Source: Tubiluchus corallicola
Lineage: Eukaryota > Animalia > Priapulida
NCBI GenBank assembly: GCA_030141605.1
Contig: JAQGDQ010001210.1
Span: 1 to 55,213 of the forward strand
Length of the DNA stretch: 55,213 bases
Direction: 5' to 3'
Part shown: one piece after another, positions 31,158 to 45,374 of the stretch
Layout of the letters: the number at the start of each line of letters is the position of its first letter
How positions within the stretch are numbered: position 1 is the stretch's first letter
Notes under the pieces: model-generated
What the model saw: only the letters and a program-made list of their open reading frames with translations
The model's database searches: none
Told to the model about the DNA's origin: nothing
Program-made: the position numbers and the translations under genes

Positions 31158-31358
31158 AAGTGATATTTAAGCTTATTACGAGTATTGTACCCATGCATAC
31201 AAACTAAACCCTTACTATAATATGAACTTTTACAATTTAACTTCATACAATATCATTTCCCAAAATAAATAATATGTATAAACCTAACAAGCTGGTACAA
31301 AACGCTTCAATAATCTATTATACAAGAAAAATTCAATATTGGGAGCATTGTGAGTATT

Positions 31359-31835
31359 AGTGAGCAAATAATTTTCCTTCACGTAACCGTTTTTAATTTT
31401 GCAATTACGCCAAAATATTGGTGAGCAAGTAATTTTCCGCAAGATTACTGATTTTAATTTTGCAATTATGCCAAAATATTGGTGAGCAAGTAATTTTCCG
31501 TAAGGTGACTGTTTTTAATTTTGCAATTACGCCAAAATATTGGTGAGCAAATAACTTTCCGTAAGATAACTGATTTTAATTTTGCAATTATGCCAAAATA
31601 TTGGTGAGCAAATAACTTTCCGTAAGATAACTATTTTTAATTTTGCAATTCCGCCAAAATATTGGTGAGCAAATAACTTTCCGTAAGATAAATGTTTTTA
31701 ATTTTGCAATTACGCCAAAATATTGGTGAGCAAATAACTTTCCGTAAGATAACTGTTTTTAATTTTGCAATTACGCAAAAATATTGGTGAGCAAATAATT
31801 TTCCATATCATAATTGTTTTGAATTTTGCAATTAA
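31359..31835. repeat. 61-bp minisatellite, ~8 copies
   Basis: ggtgagcaa recurs at 31420, 31481, 31542, ...; flanked by the direct repeat acaagaaaaattcaatattgggag. Confidence 0.95.
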
Positions 31836-32207
31836 ACAAGAAAAATTCAATATTGGGAGAGTCGTAGGGACAGTGAGGAAAGGGGATAATCCGTTCGGGA
31901 GAGTGCGCTAAACACTTTTGCCCGGGGCATCAAACTACCTACAGCCTGCTCTGACCACACGCACATCCACTGCCGTTTGACGCACCGCCATCCTTACAGC
32001 TTTTCAGATTTTGCTCAGACAAATGCTGACTCGGTAAATAAATGAACAGGCTGGATTTGGTTATTTAATTAGTCAATAGAGTATTGACAGAGAGGAATGC
32101 GAATGCCTGCAAGCTAAACTCTGATGGAGTGTAAAAATTTCTGATGAAAGTGTTCTCCGTCGAGAAGAAGGGTAAACATGCAAACAGCAGCTCTTTAAGG
32201 GAGAGAA

Positions 32208-32649
32208 AAGTGAATACGAGGGTTGGTTATGCATGGCATGGTTAGTTTGCCTCTCGTGTGCATGTGATCACTAACTGCGTTATGCAGAGGCATGAATGAG
32301 AGTTAAGGCCGGTTCACACATAGGAACGGACAATCAGAAACATGGGGAAAAAGAAAAAACAGAGAGAAAAAGAGAGAGGGGGAGTGGGAGAGGGAAAGGC
32401 GGGAGGAAAAGACAGAATGAAAGAAAAAGGGAGAGGGGGAGTGGGAGAGAGAAAGGCGGGAGAATGAAAGAAAAGGGGAGATAGTGAGAGAAAGAGAGAG
32501 AGAGAGAGGGGGGAGATAAATGAACACAAGGGTTGGTTATGCAGAGCATGGTTAGTTTGCCTCTTGTGTGCATGTGATCACTAACTGCGGCATGCAGAGG
32601 CATGATTGAGAGTTAAGGCCGGAACGGTCAATTAAAAAGAGGGGGAGAA

Positions 32650-32703
<54 letters not shown>

Positions 32704-32825
32704 AAGAAACGAACACGAGAGTTTGTTATGCAGGGCCTGTTTAGTCTACTTCTCATATGTATGGGATCACTAACGACGTTATGCAGAGACACAAATGAGA
32801 GTTAATGCCGGCTCACACATAGTTA
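32208..32825. repeat. three ~110-bp units separated by GA-rich spacers
   Basis: gttatgca...gatcactaac...atgcagag...gagagttaa at ~32220, ~32530 and ~32720. Confidence 0.85.
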
Positions 32826-33129
32826 ACTCTTCATTAGATGGTATGAAGTCGCTCACTCTCTCTCTCACCTGCTCTCCTTTTCGTTCTTTCCCCTTCTCTC
32901 ACCCTCTCTATTTCTTTCTCTCCTCTCTCTCTCTTTCTCTCTCGCTCTCTATTCTCTCTTTGGCGAATAGAATTTACTGATACATACTCACCCCAGCAGA
33001 GGATAGGCGTGAATGAAATATTCTTTCTCGTTGAGGGTAAGTCAATAACTCTTTTTCTTTCTCTCTCTCTCACTCTCTCACTCTCTCTCTCTCTCTCTCT
33101 CTCTGTCTCCCCTTCTCTCTCTCTCTTTT

Positions 33130-33310
<181 letters not shown>

Positions 33311-33587
33311 CTTTGTAATTGTCTCTTTCACTTACTTACTCCCTCCCTCTTTCCAACGTTTCTAATACCACGCCACGAAGCTTCTTTTGTAAAGCAAAAA
33401 ATCCAATTTACAATACAACGAGCAAATAACACTTAACGCAATCCTGCTGCTCAACCTACTTAAGTTGAATTCCCAAAGTGCTGCGTCAAGGAGCTGTTCT
33501 TGTACCGCAAAAAGGGATAAATTTGTTTCCCAACACAAACCATTTAGAATCATCTTCTCACAACTCTGCCTATTCAGCAGGTGATGG

Positions 33588-33618
<31 letters not shown>

Positions 33619-33741
33619 TATGTACTATATAGTAATTATATAAAAAGTTGTTTTGCTGGCTGAGTTTTTGAAGTCCGCCACGTTTATACAATTTTACATA
33701 TCGTTCTGCAGGGATGGATACTTAGTCCCCATATATATGCG

Positions 33742-33773
<32 letters not shown>

Positions 33774-33835
33774 TGTCTCTCTGTGTGTGTGTGTGTGTGT
33801 GTGTGTGAGTGTGTGTGTGTGTGCGTGCGTGCGTG

Positions 33836-33889
<54 letters not shown>

Positions 33890-33891
<2 letters not shown>

Positions 33892-34490
33892 TTTTTAAGA
33901 ACTATTCTATCCTAGTGCTAAATGATCTAATAAATCTGAATACTGCTGTTTACATGTACAAAACCAAACATAAACTTCTTCCCGCACCTTTTTACACCCA
34001 TTATCTACTAACGTAAGACATTACTCAACAAGATCTAGCGAATTTCTTGTGAAGTATTGCAGGACTGACGCGGCAAGACACTTCATCATTAACGCTGGCC
34101 TTAGACTTTCGAATAACATCAATGAATATATAAAAAACTCTTTATTTCCCTAAATAACTTCAAAAAAACTTTGAAAGTGAATTTTTTTCTAATTATAAAG
34201 AATAAATAACTTTGACTAATGTCCCTGTCGGAATACGTCACGTTGCTGGCTATGTAGAAATCCATATTTCTATAGTTCACATTACTTCATACAGATACCA
34301 ACACATCTTTCTCTTTCTTTCTATTCTCTATAAACATTTCTTTTCTACTCCTTTACTGCTCTTTTCTACTTCACTCAATCCAACCCGAATATTTGGGGTG
34401 CTCCAACAAGCAATTACTTCTTGAGTACCACACGGGTCATTTGCAGCTTGGCATCTTGTGCACATAATAATAAATAATAAATATGTTATT
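33890..34490 (+). mobile_element. L2/CR1-group LINE ORF2 C-terminus and 3'UTR (family E)
   Basis: [34 protein letters not shown]...HYSTRSSEFLVKYCRTDAARHFIINAGLRL is a typical ORF2 end; the 3'UTR has an inverted copy at 49355-49690. Confidence 0.75.
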
Positions 34491-34539
34491 ATATTCCTTT
34501 AAGCGCTATGCTGTAATGATTGCTGTGAATGTATTTAAT

Positions 34540-34540
34540 A

Positions 34541-34596
<56 letters not shown>

Positions 34597-34639
34597 CAAC
34601 AACAACAACAACAACAATAACAATAATAATAATAATAAT

Positions 34640-34685
<46 letters not shown>

Positions 34686-34770
34686 GCAACAGCAACAGCA
34701 GCAACAACAACAACAACAACAACAACAGCAACAGCAACAACAACAACAACAACAACAATAATAATAATAA
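34540..34770. repeat. (TAA)/(CAA)n microsatellite
   Basis: Direct inspection. Confidence 0.95.
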
Positions 34771-35228
34771 GAAGAAGGATAATGTATGTATATATATATA
34801 ATGTTTTTTGTCATTAAAATGCACTGATAATCACTGAAAAAAGACTACAGATATGATCAATCATTTATGAGTGGAAAAGCTGTAACGACTTATCCGGTAA
34901 AATTGGCTTTTAGTAAAGCTACAAAGATAACGAGGTATTAATAATGAACGATAATTACATTGTCACAGTTTTAATAACTCGTCGCAAGCTGAAAATGAGT
35001 CACGTATTTGATTTTTTTCAACGTGCCAATAATCCTGCTCCAAATATCCCAACCGTTAGTTTAATCTCCTGCAATGCGATTACAGGTAATCACCTCAACA
35101 ACTAGGTAGAACAAATCTGCGATTGTTTAGGGACGCAGAGCGCAGAGGAGACGGTCAATGTCAACACTAGCTAGGAATTGACTTTCGTAACTCGATTCGA
35201 AAATAAAACAAAATCGCCAAATGCAAAT

Positions 35229-36290
35229 ATATATTATACAGAGGAAAGGACTCAGTACGCATCCCTATGGAACACCATGTAAAACTGTATATATATTATA
35301 CAGAGGAAAGAACTCAGTACTCATCCCTGCAGAACGCCATGTAAAACTGTATATATATTATACAGAGGAAAGGACTCAGTACGCATCCCTGCAGAACGCC
35401 ATGTAAAACTGTATATATTTTATACAGAGTAAAGGACTCAGAACGCATCCCTGCAGAATGCCATGTAAAACTGTATATATATTATGCAGAGGAAAGGACT
35501 CAGTACGCATCCCTGCAGAACGCCATGTAAAACTGTATATATATATTATGCAGAGGAAAGGACTCAGTACGCATCCCTATGGAACACCATGTAAAACTGT
35601 ATATATATTATACAGAGGAAAGAACTCAGTACTCATCCCTGCAGAACGCCATGTAAAACTGTATATATTTTATACAGAGGAAAGGACTCAGTACGCATCC
35701 CTGCAGAACGCCATGTAAAACTGTATATATATTATACAGAGGAAAGGACTCAGTACGCATCCCTGCAGAACGCCATGTAAAACTGTATATATTTTATACA
35801 GAGTAAAGGACTCAGAACGCATCCCTGCAGAACGCCATGTAAAACTGTATATATATTATGCAGAGGAAAGGACTCAGTACGCATCCCTGCGGAACGCCAT
35901 GTAAAACTGTATATATATATTATGCAGAGGAAAGGACTCAGTACGCATCCCTGTGGAACGCCATGTAAAACTGTATATATATATATTATACAGAGGAAAG
36001 GACTCAGTACGCATTCCTGCAGAACGCCATGTAAAACTGTATATATATTATACAGAGCAAAGGACTCAGTACGCATTCCTGCAGAACGCCATGTAAAACT
36101 GTGTATATATTATACAGAGGAAAGGACTCAGTACGCATCCCTGCAGAACGCCATTAAAACTGTATATATATTATACAGAGCAAAGGACTCAGTACGCATT
36201 CCTGCAGAACGCCATGTAAAACTGTGTATATATTATACAGAGGAAAGGACTGAGTACTCATCCCTGCGGAACGCCATGTAAAACTGTATA
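35229..36290 (-). repeat. ~62-bp minisatellite (~17 copies) whose unit encodes the LINE RT motif HGVPQGCVLSPFLCIIY
   Basis: Reverse complement of the unit: catggcgttccgcagggatgcgtactgagtcctttcctctgcataatatata; unit length varies through a (TA)n run. Confidence 0.9.
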
Positions 36291-36719
36291 AACATTGCGG
36301 ACCTAAAAAAACTCAGCTGCCAAAATATCTTTTTAATTTTTTTCTCTCCGAAAATTACAAGGAAGGAAATGTTATTTCTCTAAATTGCTAATTCAAACCC
36401 AGCTGATTTTCCACTAATTCATTTTAATTGACATAATTACTTTAATTTAATTTAATTTAATTAATTATCAAATTAAGTAGTTAATTAATTTTTATAATAA
36501 TCTTGACATTAGCGTTATAAAAATACCTAATCATCAATAATTCCCATAATACGCTTACTCATTACCTAGTATCTATAAAAGCATATAATGTCGAAACTTA
36601 GAAAGAAAAATCCAGTAAATTCATGAAGGAGTTGTTAAAGTAACAAAACATCAAAAAAACAAGATTTTGGAGCGTTTGTGACGGAAGTGACAAACTTATG
36701 TTTACCGTTAAAGGAATTC

Positions 36720-37252
36720 TTGCTTTTTAGAACAATCATCACAAGAATAAGGGTCTCATCACACAATCTAGCCATAGGAACAGGTCGTTGGGCAAATGTA
36801 CCTCGTGAGCGCAGGCTGTCTTTGTGGAGAAATTCAGACAGAAGAGCATTTTTTGTGCGAGTGCCATGAAAATGCACTTTATAGATCACTGTACGCATTA
36901 AATTATAGTAATATTGCAAATTTATTTGATGGAGAATTAATGTCAATTGGAAATTTCATTTACGACTGTATGCATAGATTTTTGAATTAAATAGTATAGC
37001 TTTGTTAGCGGACATATAACCGCATCACTGTGATTATCATACAGGTAAAATATTTGTTTATCAAATGTATACAAATGCTTAGTAAATAGTTTTTGTCGCT
37101 TCATAGAGTTTACAACTAAATTTGTATGTGTATGATCTGGAAATCATTTCCCGAGTTCTGCCCGCTGATAAAACCATCGGGTATGCGTCGAGTTTGTAAT
37201 TTTCATGTTGGAAATTTGATTTTCAGAAATAAAACATCTATCTATCTATCTA
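36720..37252 (+). mobile_element. LINE ORF2 C-terminus (RTE-X-like) with frameshift, 3'UTR and (ATCT)n tail
   Basis: ITRIRVSSHNLAIGTGRWANVPRERRL / CLCGEIQTEEHFLCEC; AATAAA at ~37228 followed by (ATCT)n. Confidence 0.8.
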
Positions 37253-37327
37253 CAAAGTACGGAGCACTTACGCAAGGCAAAGAAAACAAACTTCTTAAAC
37301 AAAGAATTCCTTAAAAACTCGTCTTAA

Positions 37328-37793
37328 AGGTTTGTTTCACTTACATGCTGTCTTATTGCACACTGAGCTTGCGTTAGTAACAACGCCGAAAAAAACTTGT
37401 AAATCAAAAATACCACGATAACATTCGAGTGCAGCAATTTTGATGGTAAGCCGTTTAAAAATGTTTTAAAAAACATCGTGTAAACTTGAAAAACTAATCA
37501 GAGCATTCGTAACACACTCTTCCCTAACTAAGTAAAAGTAAAAATTACCTTATAAAGTCAAGACGATTAATTATATTTTTTGTGCGCCAGTGAGCCAGTG
37601 ACGTTTTTTGATGTACACTGGGATAGTGAAACAGTGACGTTTTATCAGCTGCTGCTGCTATTTACTTATTAAGATTTTTCTTTTCCATGACAAAATAATT
37701 ATAATTAATACCTATAAGCATAATGCTATTTTTAAAAAAAAAGAGACATTTGGAAGAAGTGAGACATATTTTAAAATTCCCTGTTCTTTCCCT
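37328..37793 (+). mobile_element. family A Kolobok-like element
   Basis: TTAA|AGG start and ttctttccct|TTAA end; shared core. Confidence 0.7.
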
Positions 37794-38284
37794 TTAACTC
37801 ATTCAAATACCTATTCAGGAAGCACCAATGCATTCTGGGTATGTATGCATGACCACGTGCTTACTTAATAATTGTTAATTTCTGGCCTGCATAATACTAT
37901 ATTGTGAAGGTTGCCATTTGATAATAAAATTACCGCCATCAGCTATGGCGGCGGCAGCGACAGCGAGAGTAATAACTTCACAAAGCAATAGAAGATTTTG
38001 TAGAGCTTTTAGCCAGTTTGGTGCACGTTTGGAGCTTTAATGGAATTTTATGATCCGTCGGCATCTTAAACGCGGCTTACAAAGTTAAGATGCGGCTCGC
38101 TTTGATTTTGAATTATGCATATCATCATAAACTGACATTACGATGCAAGTTTATTGGTGTAAAATGTCTTCCTCATTGCATTAGGAATTTGATAAAATGT
38201 CAGCATGTTCTGTCGTAAAACAAAAGCCGTCTGCATGAAAAAATGTTTTACCAGTTTGCAAATCAAAGAGCAGCAACAACAGAT

Positions 38285-38960
<676 letters not shown>

Positions 38961-39399
38961 AACTCTTTTCCCACTTTTAAACGAGCTTTGTAATGTTTGC
39001 TTCTAATTTTCTTCTAAATACGATTTGTAAAGTTGATCACGTACACTACATACAGACCAAGATAAACAAGACTAAATTCCAAGCTTCTCTGAAGCCCAAG
39101 AGGAGATAACTGCCATGTGCTTCCCTATTCACTACATTCACCACTAATTAACAACACTCCAACTTATTGTTGCTATTATGTAAACGATCACGGGGGTTGA
39201 ATGGTTAGTATTCAGTATTGTTGTGAGAGCGTAGTAGGGTCTCCAGTATTTCTTTAGCATTTTGTATGGCTTTACTATTGTAAACATAATTAGGGTAGAA
39301 TAACAACTGTTCTACGCAGCCTGACATATTGTTCTGATTTGTGCTAATAATGCAACTTGCAGGATATAATTACAAAGGATTTTCCTGTCAGCAGTGTCG

Positions 39400-39822
39400 T
39401 CATGATTATCATCATCATCATCAGCAGCAGCAGCATGAACAACAGAATCGTCATAATCGTCATCGCCATCGTCGTCACCGCCATCGTTGTCGTCATCATC
39501 GTCGTCGTCGTCGTCATCATCATCATCATCATCATCGTCATTGTCATCATCATCATCATCATCATCATCATCTTCGTCGTCGTCACTGTTGTTATCATCG
39601 TCATCGTCATCATTATCATCAGCAGCATCATCGTCATCATCATCATCAGCAGCAGCAGCATCATCGTCATCATCATCATCATCATCATCATCAACAGCAA
39701 CAACAACAACATCAGAATCATCATAATCATCGTCAACACCGTCGTCGACTTTGTCATCATCATCATCATCATCATCGTTATCATCATCATCATCAGCAGT
39801 AGCAGCAGCAGCAGCAGTAGTA
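39400..39822. repeat. (CAT/CGT/CAG)n compound microsatellite
   Basis: Direct inspection; shares a complex ~80-bp block with 44595-44675. Confidence 0.9.
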
Positions 39823-40567
39823 GCGGTACACATAACCTTTTGACCTGTAGCAACTGCGCATGCGCACAACGAAATTGTGAACAGGCTAATTGTTTAAGTG
39901 TCTACGTATTGTATTGTCTAAATTGAATGCCCTTTGTTATCATTCCGAACTGACGTCAAGAAGTGATGTATCTTCCTAGCATTTTGAACAAGAAGCATTG
40001 CATGCTCGCTTCCAAATTGTTTTGCGTGGCTTCCCACGGGAGCAATTAGAACGACACGCGCTAGCCGAGGCGAAAAATTAAATTAAAATCATTAGAAAAC
40101 AATGCCGGCCGATTCAAAGTTACCGTTACAGTTAAAGTTGATATTGATCACGTCTCGTTTGAAATCCAGAAATTTCTTCCCGTCAAAATTTGTTCCAAAA
40201 TTCGGGTATTTGTTCTTGTCAGAAGTTCAAAGGAAGTATTGATTGTCCCATTAGACCAGCCAGCCACTTCTTACACATTTTTCTTCTTACGTTATTTAGT
40301 CATTTAATAATAATTCGTTGGTTCAGTCATCAATGGCTGATTGAGGAACAGAAGCTGGACGCTGGAGGCCTGATGTTCAAGAAAATGATATCAGCTTCCG
40401 ACATCTGGGTTCCAGCGTCAACTGCCAAAAACTTTCATTTCATCACAGATTTACCATATATGCGTACTTTGACAAAAACAGCAGCGACAACGACAGCGAC
40501 AACGACACCGACAACGACAACGACAACGACGACAACGACAACGACAACGACAATGACATCGACATCG

Positions 40568-40604
<37 letters not shown>

Positions 40605-41653
40605 AACTCTGTTGCATCTGTTATACTAACTATTGATCATTTACTATTTTACTTCGTTCCCTGTGCCATTTTATTATTTTGGGTTTGGACATTAATAACA
40701 AGTTATTATTAATTTCCGTGGGTCTCAATTTCTGGGAAACTAAGACAAGTTAGAATAATTTAAAGCAGAAAATGTCACAGCTAATCCAGCTAACGACAAC
40801 GACAACGACAACAACAACAACAACAGCAATATCATCATTATCATCATGTACAGCAACTGCAGCAACAGCAATAGCAACAGCAACAGCAACGGCAGCAACA
40901 ATAACAAAAAGAATAACAACAACAATATTATCATTATGATCATTTATAGCACCTGCAGCAACTATAGCAACAGCAACAGGAACGGCAGGAATGGCAGCAG
41001 CAACAGCAACAGCACAGCAACGGCAGCAACAATAACAAAAAGAAAAACAACAAGAACGACCGTGTTGGTGCAGAATACTTTGACACCCCCCCCCTTTCTT
41101 GAAAGGGTTCAAAAATGGGTATTTATATTAACAAGCCCTCATATTGTCTTGGAAATGTCCTTATATTAGCGAGCGAATGACCAGCTCGAACTTTCATAAG
41201 TTTCAAAATATTTAATTTCCAAGTTTTGAGAATTTTCCGATCTCAGATTCACAGAAAAGCATTTCACGATTAAATATTAGAGCCTGGAGCGCAGTATCAA
41301 TTTAGATATTCCTACCATGCCCTATAAGATATCATTGTTTGCTTATAACGTATCACTGTACGCTTATAAGGTATAATTGTTTGCTTATAACGTATCACTA
41401 TTTGCACTTGTTTCTACTAAACAGAAGTAGACAGGCTAGAATTTAGCCAAAGTTCAGGAGTCAGTCTATAGCTTGGTGACTGCAGTTCGTCTGACTATCT
41501 GTTGTTCTAGTATCACTCTGTCAAAGTCTAATTTTCTGTGTAATTTTTGTGCAAATTAACGTCAAAATTTGACGTGTGAAAATCATAATGCAGTTTGGTA
41601 TTTGTAACGTCGTTAAACAGAATTTAAATGTACACGAAAACAGAATTCATTAA

Positions 41654-42528
<875 letters not shown>

Positions 42529-42759
42529 TTAACAAAAGTTGAATCCATGCAAGCGAGCACAGAGGATGAGTTACTTTAGATTCCTCTTTTCGGCTTTCAA
42601 TATAGAACTCAAACAATCAACCAAGGAAAAGAGTAAAAACACAAGTTATATAAGTTACATAACATAATAAACATAACCAAAACCACGATTAGTCTTTTGC
42701 TTTATCCGTGTTACCCATAATCTCACAAGAAAACAGCTATTTCAGCGCTTATACGTGAT

Positions 42760-42937
42760 ATGAAAATGAACGACGACGCTATCTCTATACGCAATACGAC
42801 GAGTGGTATGATATCAGCTGTGCATGCATTGACTGTGCCTGAGAATTGGAATTATGGGATTCACAAAGTTCGCCTCTTCTGCGAAGCTGATCCAGAAGGG
42901 TCGTTTTGTGCTGTTAATGCCAAAGGAGAAGTTGTTG
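42760..42937 (+). CDS. GNAT-family N-acetyltransferase (YitH/HolE-like), coding exon 1
   Basis: MKMNDDAISIRN...ENWNYG...FCEADPEGSFCAVNAKGEVVG matches the EGWN..DPEGFF..GEVVG pattern; donor G|GTATGT, phase 1. The start could lie in an upstream exon (possible acceptor at 42745). Confidence 0.85.
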
Positions 42938-43166
42938 GTATGTAATAGCAGCAGCAGCAGCAAAGCAGCAGTAGTAGTAGCAGTAGTGGTTGTTGTTGTA
43001 GTTGTAGTAGTGCTAGTGATAGTAGTAGTAGTTGTGGTTGTTGTTGTTGCTGTTGCTGTTGCTCTTCTTGTTGTTGTTGTTGTCGTCGTCATCGCCGTCG
43101 TAGTAGTAGTAGTTGTTGTTGTTATTGTAGTAGTAGAAGTAGTAATAGTAGTAGTAGTAGTAGTAA

Positions 43167-43228
<62 letters not shown>

Positions 43229-43238
43229 ATAGTAGTAA

Positions 43239-43328
<90 letters not shown>

Positions 43329-43330
43329 CT

Positions 43331-43364
<34 letters not shown>

Positions 43365-43410
43365 AAGCAGTAGCAGCAGCAGTAGTGGTAGTAGTAGTAG
43401 TAGTAGTAGC

Positions 43411-43456
<46 letters not shown>

Positions 43457-43834
43457 ATAGTAGTAGTAGTAGTATTAGTAGTAGTAGTAGTAGTAGTAGC
43501 TGCAGCAGCCGCAGCAGCAGCAGTAGAAGCAGTAGCAGCAGCAGTAGTGGTAGTAGTAGTAGTAGTAGTAGTAGCAGTAGCAGTACAAGCACTAGTAGTA
43601 GTTACAAAGAATAATCTCAAAAACTAAACAAATTTAAGGACCCTTTATAAAATAGGTTAGTGCCTAATATTAGATTTACATTTTTGGTGTAATACACAAG
43701 ATTGTGAGAAATAAATCTAATTTGCTAAGAATTTCTTCAAGAAAGAGATACGATCTTGCTCCATACCTACAGGACACATGCAAACTTACTATTTTTACTT
43801 GCGTTATTAAAATGTACTAATCTACATTTTCTAG
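42938..43834 (+). other. 897-nt phase-1 GT-AG intron, mostly (TAG/CAG/TTG)n
   Basis: GTATGT donor, TACTAAT branch-like site at 43815-43821, ttttctAG acceptor; splicing restores an in-frame GGA (Gly). Confidence 0.88.
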
Positions 43835-44544
43835 GACACATATCGCTGATGAGAGTAACAGATGATCTGGTCACTGGAGGTATGGTCGTAGTTCGACCAG
43901 ATTACCGTGGTAGAGGAATTCTTCGAGCTTTACTTTCAAGAGCGGACGTCTTCGCTGGCAACCGAAATAAGTGCGCGGATGTAGAAATTGCGCACGAGTA
44001 CCACAAGGCGTACAGCATTAGAGGTTACGAGATTGTGACGTTATCAGGAATCATTGACAAAGAAAACGTTTTGAAAAATATGGAAATAAAACCAGGACTG
44101 AATTTTGTTCCAGTTGGTGATGTAGATTTTCAAGATGTTCTCAAATATGATACGTCTATTCATAATGGCATCGAACGACACGCTGTCGTGGGAAAGTATT
44201 TAAAAAACCCCGCTGTGAAAACACTGGTTGCCGTTGACGCGGGCACAATTGTCGGTTATTCTAGCCTGGTGCCAGTGGACGTTGGTCATTCTGTAGGTCC
44301 ACTCTATGGTGAAAGTGTAGCCATTCTGGAGAGTTTATTCGCCAAAATTGTGGAGCAATACTTGCCAGATGGCGAGCTTGTTTATTTGTTAACAAAAGAT
44401 GGGCACTCGTTCATTCCCATTTTGAAAGAGAAAGCAAAGCTGTTAGAAGAACGTCGCGCCACCAGGTGGTTCTCTAAGAGAGTCGTACAGCTGGAATCGT
44501 CAAGAAAAATAGGCGCTTTTCTGAATGATGATATGTTATGTTGA
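43835..44544 (+). CDS. GNAT-family N-acetyltransferase (YitH/HolE-like), coding exon 2
   Basis: Motif A VVRPDYRGRGI; second GNAT-like domain with DVLKYD...ER and VGPLYGES; spliced CDS is 888 nt = 295 aa with no disruption. Confidence 0.9.
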
Positions 44545-44545
44545 A

Positions 44546-44551
44546 AATAAA
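44546..44551 (+). promoter_or_regulatory. candidate polyadenylation signal
   Basis: AATAAA two bases after the stop codon. Confidence 0.35.
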
Positions 44552-44552
44552 T

Positions 44553-44960
44553 CATTCATCATTATTCATTATCATCATCACCATCGTCGTCGTCATCATC
44601 ATCAACAACAACAGCAACAACAACATCAGAATCATCATAGTCATCGTCAACATCGTCGTCGACTTTGTCGTCATCAATCATCAACCTCAGCATCATGATC
44701 ATCACCATCATGATCACAATCATCTTCATGAACATCACAATTGTCATCATTATCGTCATCATCATTATCATCATCACCACTATCATCATCACCGTCATCA
44801 TCTTCATCATCATCATCATCTTCATGTACATCACCATTGTCATCACAATTGTCATCATCATCATCATCAGCATCATCAGCATCATCATCATTATCATCAT
44901 CATCGTAATCATCTTCATCATCTCTGGAGTCACGTGTCTTCTGACATGACTGTCTCGCTG
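44553..44960 (-). mobile_element. RTE-like LINE extreme 3' end with expanded (GAT)n tail
   Basis: catctctggagtcac...ctgacatgac matches the RTE 3' end at ~45500-45535. Confidence 0.55.
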
Positions 44961-45374
44961 TAAGTGCAATATGCATAATTACACTAATTTATTGGAAGGT
45001 GCTGCCCTCTGCGAGCAAAGAGAATGGGAGTAGAACAATGATGGTCACGTTCTTGTTCACAACAATGTTTTTTCTGTCGTTATTGTGTTAGTCAACAACA
45101 GCGTTTTAGTTATTACCATATTTGAATCTTGATGAAGAGCCAACGATATAAATTACGTTAATTTAAATAATTTAATTCGATCTGTGAATTCTATGAAAGC
45201 ACTTTGACCAGCAGATTGTCTTCTTCTTAATTATTAAGCTTCTGTTTATCATTCTCTTTATTTTTCTTACTTGTTAATGTTCTCTTTATTATTCTCTTTA
45301 GAATAAACGACTTTGGAACATGAATGAAATAGTGAAGGCGTTTCTGTGCATAACAATCGCAATCACTCTAGTCT

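Noticed and set aside
32208-32825. CRISPR-like repeat-spacer appearance (also considered for the 61-, 83- and 86-bp arrays)
   Set aside because: Units are too long or abut directly, spacers are simple sequence, there are no cas genes, and the context is eukaryotic.
40150-40440. Coding-like minus-strand segment containing LAVDAGT, echoing AVDAGT in the GNAT
   Set aside because: The match is six residues with no flanking similarity and nearby stops; likely chance.
43756-43834. N-terminal extension of the 262-aa ORF (MLHTYR...LHFL)
   Set aside because: This is intronic read-through containing the branch point and acceptor; the real N-terminus is exon 1.
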